Below, piece by piece: positions 48,000 to 64,000 of a stretch of 64,000 nt of DNA (positions are counted from its first letter, which is position 1; every line of letters starts with the position of its first letter). The notes beneath the pieces were generated by a model. That model made no database searches. It had not been told where the DNA came from and was given only the letters and a program-made list of their open reading frames with translations. Origin of the DNA: Adineta vaga (Eukaryota; Animalia; Rotifera); assembly GCA_021613535.1 (NCBI GenBank), contig CP075496.1, positions 11,656,001 through 11,720,000 on the forward strand, in the 5' to 3' direction. Made by a program: the position numbers and the translations under genes.

Positions 48000-50900
48000 T
48001 TATTTTTCTAAATCTTTTCGAACTCGATAACCACGATAAGCAGCCTAATGCAATAGAATGATAAAGAAAACAAAAGTACATTCGATTATGATGATGATTA
48101 CCTGTATTTTAACAGCGGCTGCATTATCCTCTTCTTCTTCTTCTTCTTCTTCACCTACTGGAACTTTATTGCCTTCAGCTGATGGTGATAGAACTAAATG
48201 AAAATAATACAAAAAAAAACATGTTGATTATAATAGACGTACTATTTTTATTTCGAGCATTTTCATATTGTTCATGTGTTTGTGAAGAATCTGATGAAGG
48301 TTGATCTTGATCATGGCCGGACGAAGAACCTCCTGTAGTTGTACCTAATTCTTTTCGAGTTTTATAACCACGAAATGATGCTTGAATACGTGTTGCTGCT
48401 TTGTCAAGATTTGGATCACTCATATCGTCAATTTCAAAATCGTCGGAGTTTACTACTTGTAGATGTGACTGATCAGTCTGATCGTTTTCGTCTAAAAAAT
48501 ATGAAAGACTAATTAAAAGACAAAAACATCTATTTCTATCTGTTAATAATCAAAAACATCGATTATTTTTCATATATACTTATTTCTTTTTTTCTTCTTC
48601 TTCCTCTTTCTACATATATGTGTCAAAGAATTATTTTGTGTTTATTTCCTCGTAATGACGGTTGATTAATATTTTTTGTGCGAAAGATAGTGACCTTTCT
48701 AGTTCTACTTGTAGATATATAATTTGATTTGTGACGACGTCATTTCTAACCTCTTGGAGTTCTACTATCAAAAATAGATCGATCGATCGATCGATCGAAT
48801 TCATCTGATCAATCATTAACTATAGAGATCCGCTAAAACTAATACCATCAAATGCCAATGATATCTTTTACATTATAGACACATTTTCCTTTCACAGTAA
48901 AGCGAATGTCAAATCTAGTCGAGTATATTTTAACACTATCCGTCTGACGTCGATGATCAGAACTAAAAGAAAACCATTTCTTTTGATAGACATTTCTTGC
49001 GACAAAAGAAATATGTATAACATTTTTTTTCTTCTTTTTGTTATTCTCCTTTCTCATTTTGCACTAGTACAACTAATGATGTCTCAATATTACTGGAAAG
49101 AATGAAAACATTTCTGCATCAGATGTAATTGCCTTGATGACAAAAGATTAACGTAATACAACATCGATGTACACTATGCTCTAAACAATCAAACGGAAAA
49201 CATGGGACAATCAAGATCATTAGATCAAGAGTTATAAATAATATTTATCGGAAGAAAGAATGAGAAAAACATGCATATGCCAAGGTTATTTATCGTCTCA
49301 AAATATTTACCTTTTCTTCTGATTTTCTAATTCAAACTGTTCTCTTCGAATATAATCAAATTCCTAATTATTATTATTATTAACATTAGCTATTAATTAT
49401 ATGCAAATAAGTTTGTATAATAGATAAAAAGACTTACTTATCAGTCGAGTTTGTCTCCAAAATATGAACAATTATATATGTATATAGATGTTTAGTCGTA
49501 TAATAAACTCTCGGAAGAGCTGATTCCGTTTTTTTTTATGTCTGTCTATCTATCTGTCTATTGAATGCAAAGAATATATACAACATTCATTGGAGTTGTA
49601 TCGTGCTGATATTCTTCCTTCTTTTTCTCTTCTTTTCGTCTATCGATAAGCAATGCTCTTACGTTGCTTGAGATGTTTCCCTATCCATATATCATTGGTG
49701 GGTGGAGCGTTTCTCCGGCATCTTCTTCTTTTACGACAACAACAGCAGGAGAAAAATTATACCCACGCACTTGATAGTAATGAACTGTTTTTTTTCTATA
49801 TAGATTTGATGTTCTACAATGATCGTACAAAAACAAGAGAACGACGATGTCAACAACTATCGTTCCTTCTAGCAGATAAGATTAGTCAAGAATTGTTTAA
49901 CTTACGAGTTTTTATTTCCTCAATTGATGTTATATTATGATCATGATCATTGTGATTGATTTGCTAAAAAGAAATGAATGTGTGTGTGATTATCTTAGCA
50001 AAATAATAGCTGATTAAATGCAAAGAAAATAGGATTGGGGTTTTTCTTCTTCGTCGTCTTTCAAACAGCTTAGAAATAAGTATGTATTGGAATGCTTCTA
50101 TCAGAGTAGTTACTAATGTTGAGATGATTATCGTGTTACTTCTATTTATAATTCCATTACAATGTGAAAATATACCTGTTCTGTTGAAGTGCCAGATATA
50201 TCTCGAATATGTTTTCGAGTTTTATAACCACGAAATTGTGCCTGAAATAAAATAAAGTAAATCATTTGTATTCAATTAATTAGCCAAATAACTTGAATAG
50301 ATATTGCAGCTCGTTCTTGTTCACGTTTTTCTTCTTCTGTAAGATTTTCATCGAATTCGATTTCATCATCAACATTCTATTGGAAAAAGAACTTTGTTTT
50401 TTCAAAAACAAATTCATATAAAAGACTGTCTGCTTACTTCATTTTGATGTGAATTCGATATGTCGGATGGTTTCTAAATTAAATATAATAATAAGATATA
50501 TAATTTGTCTTATTCTCCTTTTCAATAGAGATTACTTGGTATTCATCATTGGGTGCCCTAGTTTGTTCATGATCATAATTTGATTCGTGATGATTAGAAT
50601 GACTAATTTCATCCGACTAGAGAATATAGATTTGTATTTTTGAAAGAGAAAAAGATTAGCTTCTTTAACATACATTTTTATCTTTTATTTTTTCTAACTC
50701 TCGTCTAGTTTTAAATCCACGAAATTGCGCTTGAATTTTTGTGGCTGCATGTTGAATATTTGGATCATCAACAGAAAATTCTTCCTAGATAATTTTATAA
50801 ATTGAATCTACGCTTGAAATTTCTTATAAATGAATACAAACTTCAAAATTGTGGTCATTGTGATGACGATCTTCTAGATTCGTTTGTTTGCCAGATGTAT

Positions 50901-52696
50901 ATGAGTCTTCTCCCTGTTCTAAACAAGTGAAATCAATCAATTAAAAATGAAATATAATAATAAAACAAAAGAGAATCTTATTTCCTATGCGTATGTGTGT
51001 GTGTGTGTGTAGATGAAGACAACATCTCGTCAATCATTAGCGATGAATAGTCAATATGATGAGATATTCTTGTCTGTTTTATGTGTGTGATTGATATCAT
51101 CGTGAAAATAATATCGATAAACAATTACTATCAGTAAGTTTTTCTTCGCGAAAGATCATCTTAATTCTTATGATTAGGTAAATGCATTTTGTTTTGTATT
51201 CGATTATTAACGGAAATAGAATTTGTCTGTATTTTGGTTTTAACGTGTCATAACACTTTCCCTCATTTGTATAAATGTCACATTCATACACGCACAAATA
51301 GACAAGACGAACAACAACAATAAGAATAACAAATTGCCCTAGATAGAAAAATTAATAATTATAATGATAAGAATTCTAGAAAGAAACACATGAAGCCAGA
51401 AGAATAAGAAGATGAAGATGAAAGGAAAGAATTTGTTCGATTTAATTTTGTTTCGGATGAATAGCATCATTAAAACTATTCAAAACTTGTTCAGCTTTAC
51501 GGCGAATATCATCAGGCAAATCAGTTGGAATGTGATGTTCATTATTTTCTAAATGAATAACACTATTCGGCACTTCTGTTGTTGTTTTTGTTGTTGTTGT
51601 TGTTGTTTGAGGACTTTGATTCGAAATTAGTGTCGATGAACCATCAACAAAAATTTGTCGCACTGTTTTTGTTACTGTTACATTAACAACTTCATGTTCA
51701 TTGGTTTCTGCATTCAATGAATTTAGATCCAATGATGGTCCCATTTTATCATAGAGTGCTTTTAAAAAGGAATTATCGGATGATTGTGATGCGACATAGA
51801 TAGTAACAATATTCATTAAACGTCGTTTGATTTTATCATTATTATCACTATCAGGATGTTGATGTTGTTGAATATCATTGAAACATTGCTCCAGGCTTTG
51901 ATCAATTGTTGTACTATCTGCTGTACTTCCAATAATTCGTTTATGAACATAATCAATAAGTTTTTGTTTTTCTTCAGCAATTGAAAAGATTTTATCTCGA
52001 AGAAATGTGTAAACTTCTTGTTTTAGTTTATCGATAGTTTCCGCACTTGAATAAGATACATTTGTTTCAAAATTTGTTTTGACTGTTGTTCGTTCATCAC
52101 TATCATTGTCTTCATTAGATGGAATTGATTGTTCGGTTGATAAGGGTGGTGCATGTGCTGAATTAGTTGCATTTAGTTTATCTTCCGAATCAATAAATGG
52201 AACATTAGCAAATTGATCGGCATTATTCGGTGATGTTTGTTCAATAAGCGAATCTTTTTTATTGTTATTATCCGCATTTGTCTGATCAGCTTTCAAATAT
52301 TTCTCTTTGGTCTTCTTTGATTTTGATGTGCATGCACCCATTTGTTCGACGATAATGTCTTTTTATTTTGTTCCTTTTTTTTCAAATATTGTTTCACTTA
52401 GTATTGATCAACGTAAGGAAGGAACAGAAGATGAAAATGGCAGTCGTACTGGTAATAAAAGAGTGTTTTGTCATTAAGGCTGTTCTTCTTCTTATTCTTC
52501 TCTTTTTCTTTCTTTCTCCTTGGCTCTCTATGCTTCTCTTTTCCTCTTTTTTTTCTGTGTATTTCTTGACTAGCGAAAAAAAAGAACGAGAAAATAAGAG
52601 AAACTAGTTCTCTTGTATCAGATTGATGAACTTTTTCATCAACACGCAAGCTGTTACTTGCATTGCATTCATAAGTCGAGGGACGGTTGGCGGGCC

Positions 52697-52732
<36 letters not shown>

Positions 52733-54004
52733 AGGGAAAAGAAAAGTAGCAACAGAAGCTTCTTTTTTATTTCAAAATAAATTACATGTACGCCTCGGGT
52801 CGAGCCATTCCAATTTCTTTTCACTCCTCTTCTTCTTCTTCTTCTGTCGCCTTTTTGCTCGTTTCGCCTATGACTTTGATCCTCCATGTATTGTAACTCT
52901 CGTGAGGCATTAGTCATTCTTATGGCTTCTCATACCAATCTATAGTTTTTATCTCTAACTTTCTAACACGTATACATACGAATCGAACAGATCCATTTTC
53001 AACTTAGACATGCGTATAAAATTTACAATCGACTAATTGTATAAATCTTCGTAACTATTCTCTCTTATCATATATGAATAATTGATCGGAAAAAACAAAG
53101 ACGAATAGTATCCTGTGGAAAAACGCAAACAAATAACAAATACTTCTATACTAATGTATGTTGTCAAAAGTGATTCGATTAGAAATGCCATCACTTGAAG
53201 TATCAATAGACAGACCAGGCATAAACATTCTACTTGAACTTCATATGCTTGTACAAATAAGGATAGCACACATGGGCAGAAAAAAAAACTCTCAATTGAG
53301 AAGAAATTTGATACGAAAGAGACTGATCTTGCAAAACAAGAAAAGAGAAAGAAAAATTATAGAAGGGTCAAGATCAGTCGTTAATGTTCGTATTGATGAT
53401 GCTTGCGTGCATACATCCGGTAGTGATGATGATGATGATGATGATTGACGATCCATTAGCACTATTCATTACTCTTCTCTCCGATGAGTAGAAAGATTAT
53501 TCAAGCGAATATTGTTGGACGTATGATAAGAACAAACATTCTTCTTTTTTTTCTTTATTGAATCAAACATTAGATCATTGATCAACAAGATTGTCGATGA
53601 TTTTCTTTTCGTTCAACGCTTCGCTCTAGTATTTAGTTTTTCATCACCAAAAGAAAAAAAATAAGAAAAAACATCACCGTAAATTATTGACATGCGATTT
53701 AGTCAAGCGAATAAATCTAATGCATTTCACCTACAATGATTCTGTTTCGTGATGACTGTAGTTAAATATCATTCAAGGTCATTAGAGACAAAAAAATATC
53801 GATATGAAGAAAAAACACTATATACAAATGATAATACTATGATACTTTCTTACCTCTTTGATGAAGTAACTTCTCGAAATACTCGGCAGCAAATTCATGA
53901 ATGTTGCGTGGTTGACTGCGAAGAATTTCTGTTGAAAGACCAACTAGAAGAGTTTGAAAGCCTTTTGGTAAACGTAATTTTACATTCGAAAATGGATCGG
54001 TCAT
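48000..54004 (-). CDS. SPA17: SPA17-like protein: N-terminal RIIa dimerisation/docking domain + four IQ calmodulin-binding motifs
   Basis: Exon 54004-53854 (absent from the ORF track) encodes MTDPFSNVKLRLPKGFQTLLVGLSTEILRSQPRNIHEFAAEYFEKLLHQR, close to the SPA17 N-terminus (MSIPFSNTHYRIPQGFGNLLEGLTREILREQPDNIPAFAAAYFESLL). Its phase-1 donor joins the acceptor at 50918. IQ motifs: AATKIQAQFRGFKTR, AAISIQ-AQFRGYKTR, AATRIQASFRGYKTR, AAVKIQ-AAYRGYRVR. Stop at 48002-48000. Confidence 0.85.
48777..48797. repeat. (GATC)n microsatellite
   Basis: gatcgatcgatcgatcgatcg read directly. Confidence 0.8.
51442..52341 (-). CDS. 299-aa intronless ORF with dual-acylation N-terminus, nested in intron 1 of the SPA17-like gene (nested gene or alternative first exon)
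   Basis: MGACTSKSKKTKEK (Gly2 myristoylation, Cys4 palmitoylation, basic patch). Long open frame in AT-rich DNA. Confidence 0.75.
   Translation of the reverse strand: MGACTSKSKKTKEKYLKADQTNADNNNKKDSLIEQTSPNNADQFANVPFIDSEDKLNATNSAHAPPLSTEQSIPSNEDNDSDERTTVKTNFETNVSYSSAETIDKLKQEVYTFLRDKIFSIAEEKQKLIDYVHKRIIGSTADSTTIDQSLEQCFNDIQQHQHPDSDNNDKIKRRLMNIVTIYVASQSSDNSFLKALYDKMGPSLDLNSLNAETNEHEVVNVTVTKTVRQIFVDGSSTLISNQSPQTTTTTTKTTTEVPNSVIHLENNEHHIPTDLPDDIRRKAEQVLNSFNDAIHPKQN
52700..52727 (+). repeat. (GA)n microsatellite upstream of the nested MGACTS ORF
   Basis: Pure GA run. Similar GA/CT runs occur at ~21362, 21611, 61303 and 62292 in upstream or intronic regions. Confidence 0.8.
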
Positions 54005-54600
54005 AATCAAGTTGGTGACGAAGAGAACAGGAGAAAAATCTGGACAGTTTCTATAAATATAAAAATTCGATCAAAAACTAATAAATAAGTTATCAGTGCG
54101 ACAAGTAAAACCACTTGAGATTAGAAAATGACAAAAGAGAGAAAAAGAAGTGCGATATTACATACGTGTGTATATATATAGAGAGAGAGAGATAGATAAT
54201 AAACAGCGGAAACGATAGCGTGCATTGACAAACCGTAGGCGGCGAACATCAATGCAAATGGCTCAATGACAAAATCCAATGGTGAAAAAGAACAAACAGA
54301 GGTCGCAATTTCAATAAAATCATTCAGTTTTTTTTATTAGATATCTCTGTCGGGAATAGAAATATTCTCTAATGAAAAGAAAAACTATTCATTTATTCGT
54401 TATGAGACATATTCATACTCATTTCATTCGTCTATATTCTGAAATTGGATATATTTATTTATTTATTTATTTATTTATTTTCGTTCTGCATTTTCATGTT
54501 ATTAATATAACATTTTCGTCACTAACCAAACGTTATTGAGACACATTAGATTGAAAAATATTTTTCATTTAAAAGTAACAATATACAGTAGCTATATTAA

Positions 54601-55228
54601 ATGGCTATGAAAGCATCAAATAGTGACAATCTATCCCTACCTCCTGGTAGTTATCTTTCAAACAGGTAAATGAGAATACATTTTGTTTCATAGCAACCAC
54701 TGATACTTGGAAGGTCAATTATCCGAAAGCACAAAAGAAAGCTTCACCTAATTATACATCAGGTCGAACAAAATCTATTACTGTCAGATAGAGAAAGAAA
54801 AAACTAGATATTCATAAGAATTTTCCTATTTATAGAGTCTTGTTCTTCATGGAACAGGTGGTGGTGGTACTATCGAATGGTTCTTAAATCCTGCAAGTAA
54901 AGTTTCCGCTCATTATGTTGTTGGACAAGATGGTATCGTAACACAAATGGTACATGAAAGTGATACAGCTTGGCATGCTGGTGTTGTTTCACCAGCATCC
55001 GTACTAGCGAACAAAGGCAATCCCAATCAATTCTGTATTGGAATTGAATTTTCACGAAATAAAGCGAATGATAACATTATGCCTGACATTCAAATATCTT
55101 CCGGATTGGATTTAGTGGATAATATTCGATCACGATATCCAAATATCGTAACTTATTTTCATGATGAAATCTCTATTGGACGTATTTGTCCAGGACCTAA
55201 TTTTCCAAAAGAAATTTTTCGTCCATAA
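54601..55228 (+). CDS. Bacterial-type N-acetylmuramoyl-L-alanine amidase (Amidase_2/AmpD-like); introns 54647-54693 and ~54783-54835
   Basis: ASPNYTSGR, LVLHGT, VSAHYVVGQDG.VTQMVHESDTAWHAG, NPNQFCIGIE, FHDEI and RICPGPNFP. Zn ligands H/H/C and catalytic Glu are present. Confidence 0.9.
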
Positions 55229-56011
55229 GTAACTGGCTTTTATCATTAGTTAAAAGAAAGTAGTATGTCATGATGATTGTCATATATTATCAATAAATGT
55301 GTGAAATTTTTCACAGCTATTTTCTCAATAGGAAGGGACGTATGACATAACTTCATCTGAGAAAATGTTATTGATTAAAAGAACTATTCTCTTGTCATTT
55401 GACACATTTGTTCGCTATGGTAAATTTACAGTTTTATACTAGAAGAAGAAGAAAAAAGAACAATTGCCAGATCTTTCATTATGTAGATAATTATCTCTTG
55501 TATGTGTGTGAAGAGACGTGCAAAAAACAGACATATGATGAGATGAATGTTTAAAAAAATGCTATTCATATGTCAGCACTTCATGTCTATAGAAGTGCTG
55601 AAGAAGAAGTGTGAGAATTGAGCTTGATGTAACTCATTCTGAATTTAATGAAAATGTATTCTATCAGTAAGGGAAACAATATTTAAGAAAAGAAGTCGAT
55701 TGAGAATAGTCGTTTTTCATTTCATGAAATGATTAAGAAGAGAAAAGGATCAATTGTGAAATAAAATCGAATATCGTCAGTGGAATATTATCTTGTAATA
55801 ATTATAAAATATTAACAAAAGAATAAAAGGATTGAATGAACAATTAATCTATTCTTAGTGGATAAATTTTTTTATTCTCTTGTTAACAGAAGAAAAACTT
55901 CGAAAATGACAAAAAACAACAACAACAACAACAATGAACCGGTTCTCTTGGATAATGTCTCCTTATTTTGTAAAATTGGTTAGATCTGACTTAATTGAGA
56001 ACGAATTAGAT

Positions 56012-56517
56012 TTAACGATCACCTCGTCCACGTCCACCACTGAAGCCACCACGATCACTACCGGGTGGTCCACCACCACGACCACCTGATTGTCCAACAA
56101 ATGAATTCATCGGTGGTCGTCCACGTGCTCCTCGTCCTCGAGCAATTTGTGCACGTAAAATAGCTGATTTACCACGACCAGCACCACCTTTGACACCACG
56201 CATATTTTTGAACATCGGTGCATTCTTTACAAGAAAATTTCAGAAAAAACTTTAATTGGTCTGGAGAAAAAATTCATTCTTACCTTTAACATATCAGGGA
56301 AAATCATAAATCGAATTTTTGATCCACGAACATAGATATATTCTAATTGAGCTTGTCGTCCATCACGATAAGTAACAGTTACATTTGATAATTGACAATT
56401 CATATTATCTTCAGCTTCTATTAATTTACCACGATAAACTTCTGAAGTTACAGATTCAATAGTGACAACATGACCTTCAGCTTCATGAAGAATTTTAATT
56501 GGAACTCCGATAGACAT
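56012..56517 (-). CDS. SNRPD3: Small nuclear ribonucleoprotein Sm D3; intron 56283-56225
   Basis: [21 protein letters not shown]...[16 protein letters not shown]...[21 protein letters not shown] with an RG-rich tail. Confidence 0.97.
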
Positions 56518-57569
56518 GTTTCAAATATCGATCTAAAACGTTTCAACAAATTACTTGTTTCTTTTGTAATACTTTTTCTAAAAATGTTTCAGTGTAAACT
56601 GTATAGAATATATTTTGTACAAAAATATGATTGCTCGATCCGTTGAAATCAGAACGAAGAATATATACAAAGGTATCGAAGATGTCGTTAGTATGTGGTT
56701 ATACGATCATATTCGATACTCACGTATATTGATCCAATGCACTGTAGCATCAAATCACCTATCTTATTTTTCAATCAAAATTATGTTTTAAAGATAGAAC
56801 GATGATTGGAATTCGGGTCACATCAATAACTAGACGTGTTTGAAATACATAAAAAAATATTTATTGACAAATTCGAGAGCATATAGTCTCTTATTGCTTA
56901 AAATCACTTGATTTGAACAATGTATAGGATCCACGAGGATACATAGAGATTTCTTGTAAAAGTTATGTAGTACAAGTCTTGTGACCTTTCACCGAATGGC
57001 AATTTGTTCTAATCTATTTTTCGTAATAGTTCAATTTCCTTTACAATTTTTCTCATTCAAGCGAAAGAATTATATGGTAATAAGATAGAATAAGTAAACA
57101 AACAAAAACTGTTTAGTATAACAAAAAAACAAGTTGTTTTTTCATTGCTTCGGAGAATTGATAAGAACAAATGAGTTTCTTCGAGATTTTGTTTTGTTAA
57201 TGAGAAGACGTACAAACAGATCCTTTGGGAGATTTTCCTTCTATAATTCAGTTCATATGTCAAGAAAGATGAGCTTGAGAGAATGTTATTGTTCTACTTC
57301 CTTTGAGAAATGAATATACTTTAGTTAACTGATTGATTTTTCTGTTCGATAAAATAAGATTTATGATTATTGATCTTCTATCTGGCACTTTCTATCATTC
57401 TCAATATTAACTTCAACTCAAATTGATCGATCATAACATCAAGAAAATGTCGTTTCTTTTTTTAAAAGAATAATTTGTAATCTATTTGTTCAAAAAAACT
57501 TATTGAATATATAAAATTCATCAATAAGAAGGACATGTATTACAAAAAAAACTACATAAGAATGCATTG

Positions 57570-57782
57570 TTAATCTCCGAACGTTACTGATTGATTTGGA
57601 AAATCCAATCTGGTGTTGCTGTTGTCTACAGAAACTTTTTTCTTGCTACATAAATTTGTTTTTCGAATTGTTGATGAAATTCTTAGAATAGGTGAACGAA
57701 TTCTTAATGCATCGCTTTGCTCAAATAACACAAATAAACACAAGATCCAAATAATTAAGAGTTGAATGTTAAGATACTGCAT
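57570..57782 (-). CDS. Small secreted cationic peptide (70 aa, orphan)
   Basis: Signal peptide MQYLNIQLLIIWILCLFVLFEQSDA followed by a basic mature region. TATAAATA lies ~75 nt upstream (57864-57857). Confidence 0.55.
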   Translation of the reverse strand: MQYLNIQLLIIWILCLFVLFEQSDALRIRSPILRISSTIRKTNLCSKKKVSVDNSNTRLDFPNQSVTFGD

Positions 57783-58298
57783 CGTACTCGAAATATATCG
57801 TTAGAAATATGTTTGTATTTACTGTCAATATTCATTGTTTTTAATATTTCACAATCTATTTATAAACCCCCCTCCGCATCGAAAAACAAAACATACACGT
57901 GTCCGCTTTAACATAGATTTATTCAATATTGACTCTACGTTTTCTCTTTTCGCATATTTTCCTCATTTGAAAGTATCGAAATATATCCGTATATGATTAC
58001 CCCATAAACATAGTTTCTCTTTTGTCAAAATCTTGTCCTTTATTTTTTTCAAATGTGATTAACAAACTATCAAAAGCGCATATTTCATACCTACTGACAG
58101 ACAGAGGAGAGAAAAACAGTAGGTGGAGAAAAATATTACAACGAATAACTAAAGGAAATAAAAACGATATTCTTATTTATAATAAATGTATAAAGTCCGA
58201 AAAATAGAAGAAGAAAAATCTACATTTATGCATACGTATAGAATCAAAACAGAAGAAAGTAAAAACAAAAATAGTTAACACCGATTTATCAAGTTAAG

Positions 58299-61731
<3,433 letters not shown>

Positions 61732-64000
61732 GATATCTAGATCGAAGTCAATATGTTGAAATAAAAATTGTCAAGTGAAAAAGTAGACATGTGATATAAA
61801 TTAATAATACACTTCATTTGATTACTCATTTAGCTTACTTGTGAATATTTCAACAAAGAAAATGATAAAAAGAAAATGAAGAAGAAAAAAAGAATCACTA
61901 AATACATTAAAGGAGATGTAGAAGAAATGACTCGAATGTGACTCGCTCGAGAGTTGCACTCTTGCTAACAATTACAACTACTATAGTTGACGATAGCATG
62001 ATGTTAATTGTAACTCGTTCAGCTTTTGTCGTTTATCTCATACATGCAATGCACAAACTAGAAGAGAAGATCTTTCTTTTCTTCTCTTCGCTTTCTCGAT
62101 TCAGTTCAACGATAAGAGACGACAGTCAGTGGCAACTATGAAATACGATGAAAACAAAGAACGTTTCCTAAAAGAAACGATGACAACATGCAATAGAATG
62201 TAACGTCGTTTTCTATTATAATATGCTGTTAGAAAGCAGGAAAGTTCGCTCTATATGACGTCGAATCATCTCCGTTTCTCGATTCTTTTTTTCTCTCTCT
62301 CTCTCCCTCTCCCTCTCTCGTTTTCTTCTCTTTCTTCTTTGTACGACAACAGTTCATTATTTTGAGTAACGCCAAAAGGGACGAAATAGAACAAGATCAT
62401 ACTCTTAGGTTTCTTTCTTCGTCTTCTTTTTTGTTACTAACTGATGAACATCGTTCTTGGACAAATAAGAAAAGAAATAAGCTGAAAAATCTTCAGAATA
62501 TTCTTTTAATAAGCATCACTCTTTTTTGCCTATGTTGACATTGAACAAGATGATAGACAAGCATTATTCAACTCATCCACTATTCATATGTGAAGTGATA
62601 GACGACACGCATTTACGCTTCTAGAGAACTGATTTTGACGGATGTCAGTTGTTATCAATTGTAAGAAAAAGAAAACTAACATTTATTATTGAAAGAGCAG
62701 TTTTCTTCTCTCATAAAGAACAAATACACTGTCTCTTGTCGTTTCGCATTTATTTCATTGCCTAGTCGGAAGAGAGAGAGAGAGAAACTATTGAAAAGGC
62801 AAACTTTAAAAACTACCCTATTTGTCCGTAGTAAACGTTGAATAGAAAGAAAAAATAACAAGGAAATCATGTCATAAACGACGACAACGACGACGATAAA
62901 GAAAAGATTAAATTAATATTTTAGCATATGAGACAGTTTCTTCCTCACTTAACGCTTATTGAATATATCAATCATGCAAACAAACGTGTCGATTCCGATT
63001 TTTTTTAGTTGGAAAAGAAGAAGGGAAAAAATCTTTTTTTTCCTTTTTATTTGATCTCGAAAAAGATGTTTAATTAGTCTTTTTTTTCTTTGCCTCGTCA
63101 AGTGTATCGTTTCTTTTGATTCTATTAATTGAAAATTCACTTAATAAACTTTCGGAATGAACAAACGGTTAAAATGAGGGATGTCTAGATGATGAAATTG
63201 AGGAAACTATTTCATACGGAAGACGAAGAAAAGCATCCTATTCGAATATGTTCAGTCTAGCAAATCTTTCTTTCTTTCTTTTTCTTTCCTTCTTTCTTTT
63301 CTAACAGTTAAATCTCCGAATATATTTTGTTCTCTCGAGAAAAAGAAAAACCAAAGACATCACGACTTGATAAACATGCAAATTCATTACAGGATATCGA
63401 CTATTGAGTGAAATCAATGCCAATGAATACAAGATAAATGACGTAAATCTCGTCCGTCGAATGAAGTTTTAATCTATAAAAAGAAAACACATCCGACTAT
63501 TCATATATTTATATAAAACCGGATATGAGATCAGGTGTATCCGGTGCAAGGTGTCAATTTGGAATTCTTTGTATTAAATACATATTTTCCTAGTAATAAA
63601 ACCCTTTCCGAACAATAATGTCAGAGTGTCTTCCGTTATTCGATCTAGTTAATCGAAATTCAAATAGACCAATTTTGTTTTTCAAGAGATGTCTTCAATT
63701 AGAAGTCGAATAATAGACATATTCCTCAGGGCTTTATCGGGAAAGATCTCTGATTAATAATGCAAAGCTCAGCTGCTTGTAGAAAACATTGTATTTCGTA
63801 TTGATTAATAAATAAATTCAAAGTTTTCTTTTGATAATATTGTCGTGACATGAATTTGTTGTTGTTCAAGAAGGAGGTGATTTTCCTTTTGAAATAAATC
63901 TTGAAAAAATATTTCAGTTTTCTTCATTTCTTTTACTTTCCTATAGAAAGAAATACGAAGTAATCTGCTTACTAAACATGTCATTAAAGATGTTTTAGAT

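Noticed and set aside
48000-54004. SPA17 as evidence for sperm or males
   Set aside because: SPA17 is also expressed in somatic motile cilia, so its presence alone says nothing about sex.
53749-54006. 85-aa plus-strand ORF
   Set aside because: It is the antisense shadow of the real SPA17 RIIa exon on the minus strand.
55573-55601. 10-bp perfect hairpin (tcagcacttc...gaagtgctga) as a Helitron end or terminator
   Set aside because: No CTRR terminus nearby and no other element features; a single short stem.
63518-63545. 8-bp inverted repeat accggata...tatccggt
   Set aside because: Too short, with no TSD or partner, so not supportable as a MITE or ncRNA.

Overview
AT-rich, gene-dense animal genomic DNA with many ~45-65 nt GT-AG introns and several intron-containing genes of bacterial character. 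That combination is typical of a bdelloid rotifer, but the taxon is my inference. By manual splicing I support about 20 protein-coding genes: a centrosomin/CM1 coiled-coil gene running off the left edge, TMEM185, a divergent presenilin, SNAPC1, BPNT1, HMX/NK5, a PCTP-like START protein, a bacterial-type 5'-nucleotidase, nanos, two small orphans, a protamine-like/H1 protein, a bacterial ComF-like PRTase, an amidated neuropeptide precursor, HECW E3 ligase, an SPA17-like RIIa + 4xIQ gene (first exon missed by the ORF track) with a nested lipidation-motif ORF, a bacterial-type peptidoglycan amidase, SmD3, a small secreted cationic peptide and MFSD6. No tRNA, rRNA, CRISPR array or intact transposon was seen. 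The most interesting items are: (1) an inverted-architecture H1/protamine-like protein next to nanos, with a GG in place of one splice-acceptor AG; (2) three candidate horizontally acquired, intronised enzymes; (3) phase-compatible alternative first exons that would swap a scaffold-docking domain (CM1 or RIIa) for an N-myristoylation signal in two separate genes; (4) operon-like gene pairs. Family assignments are from recalled motifs, not database searches.
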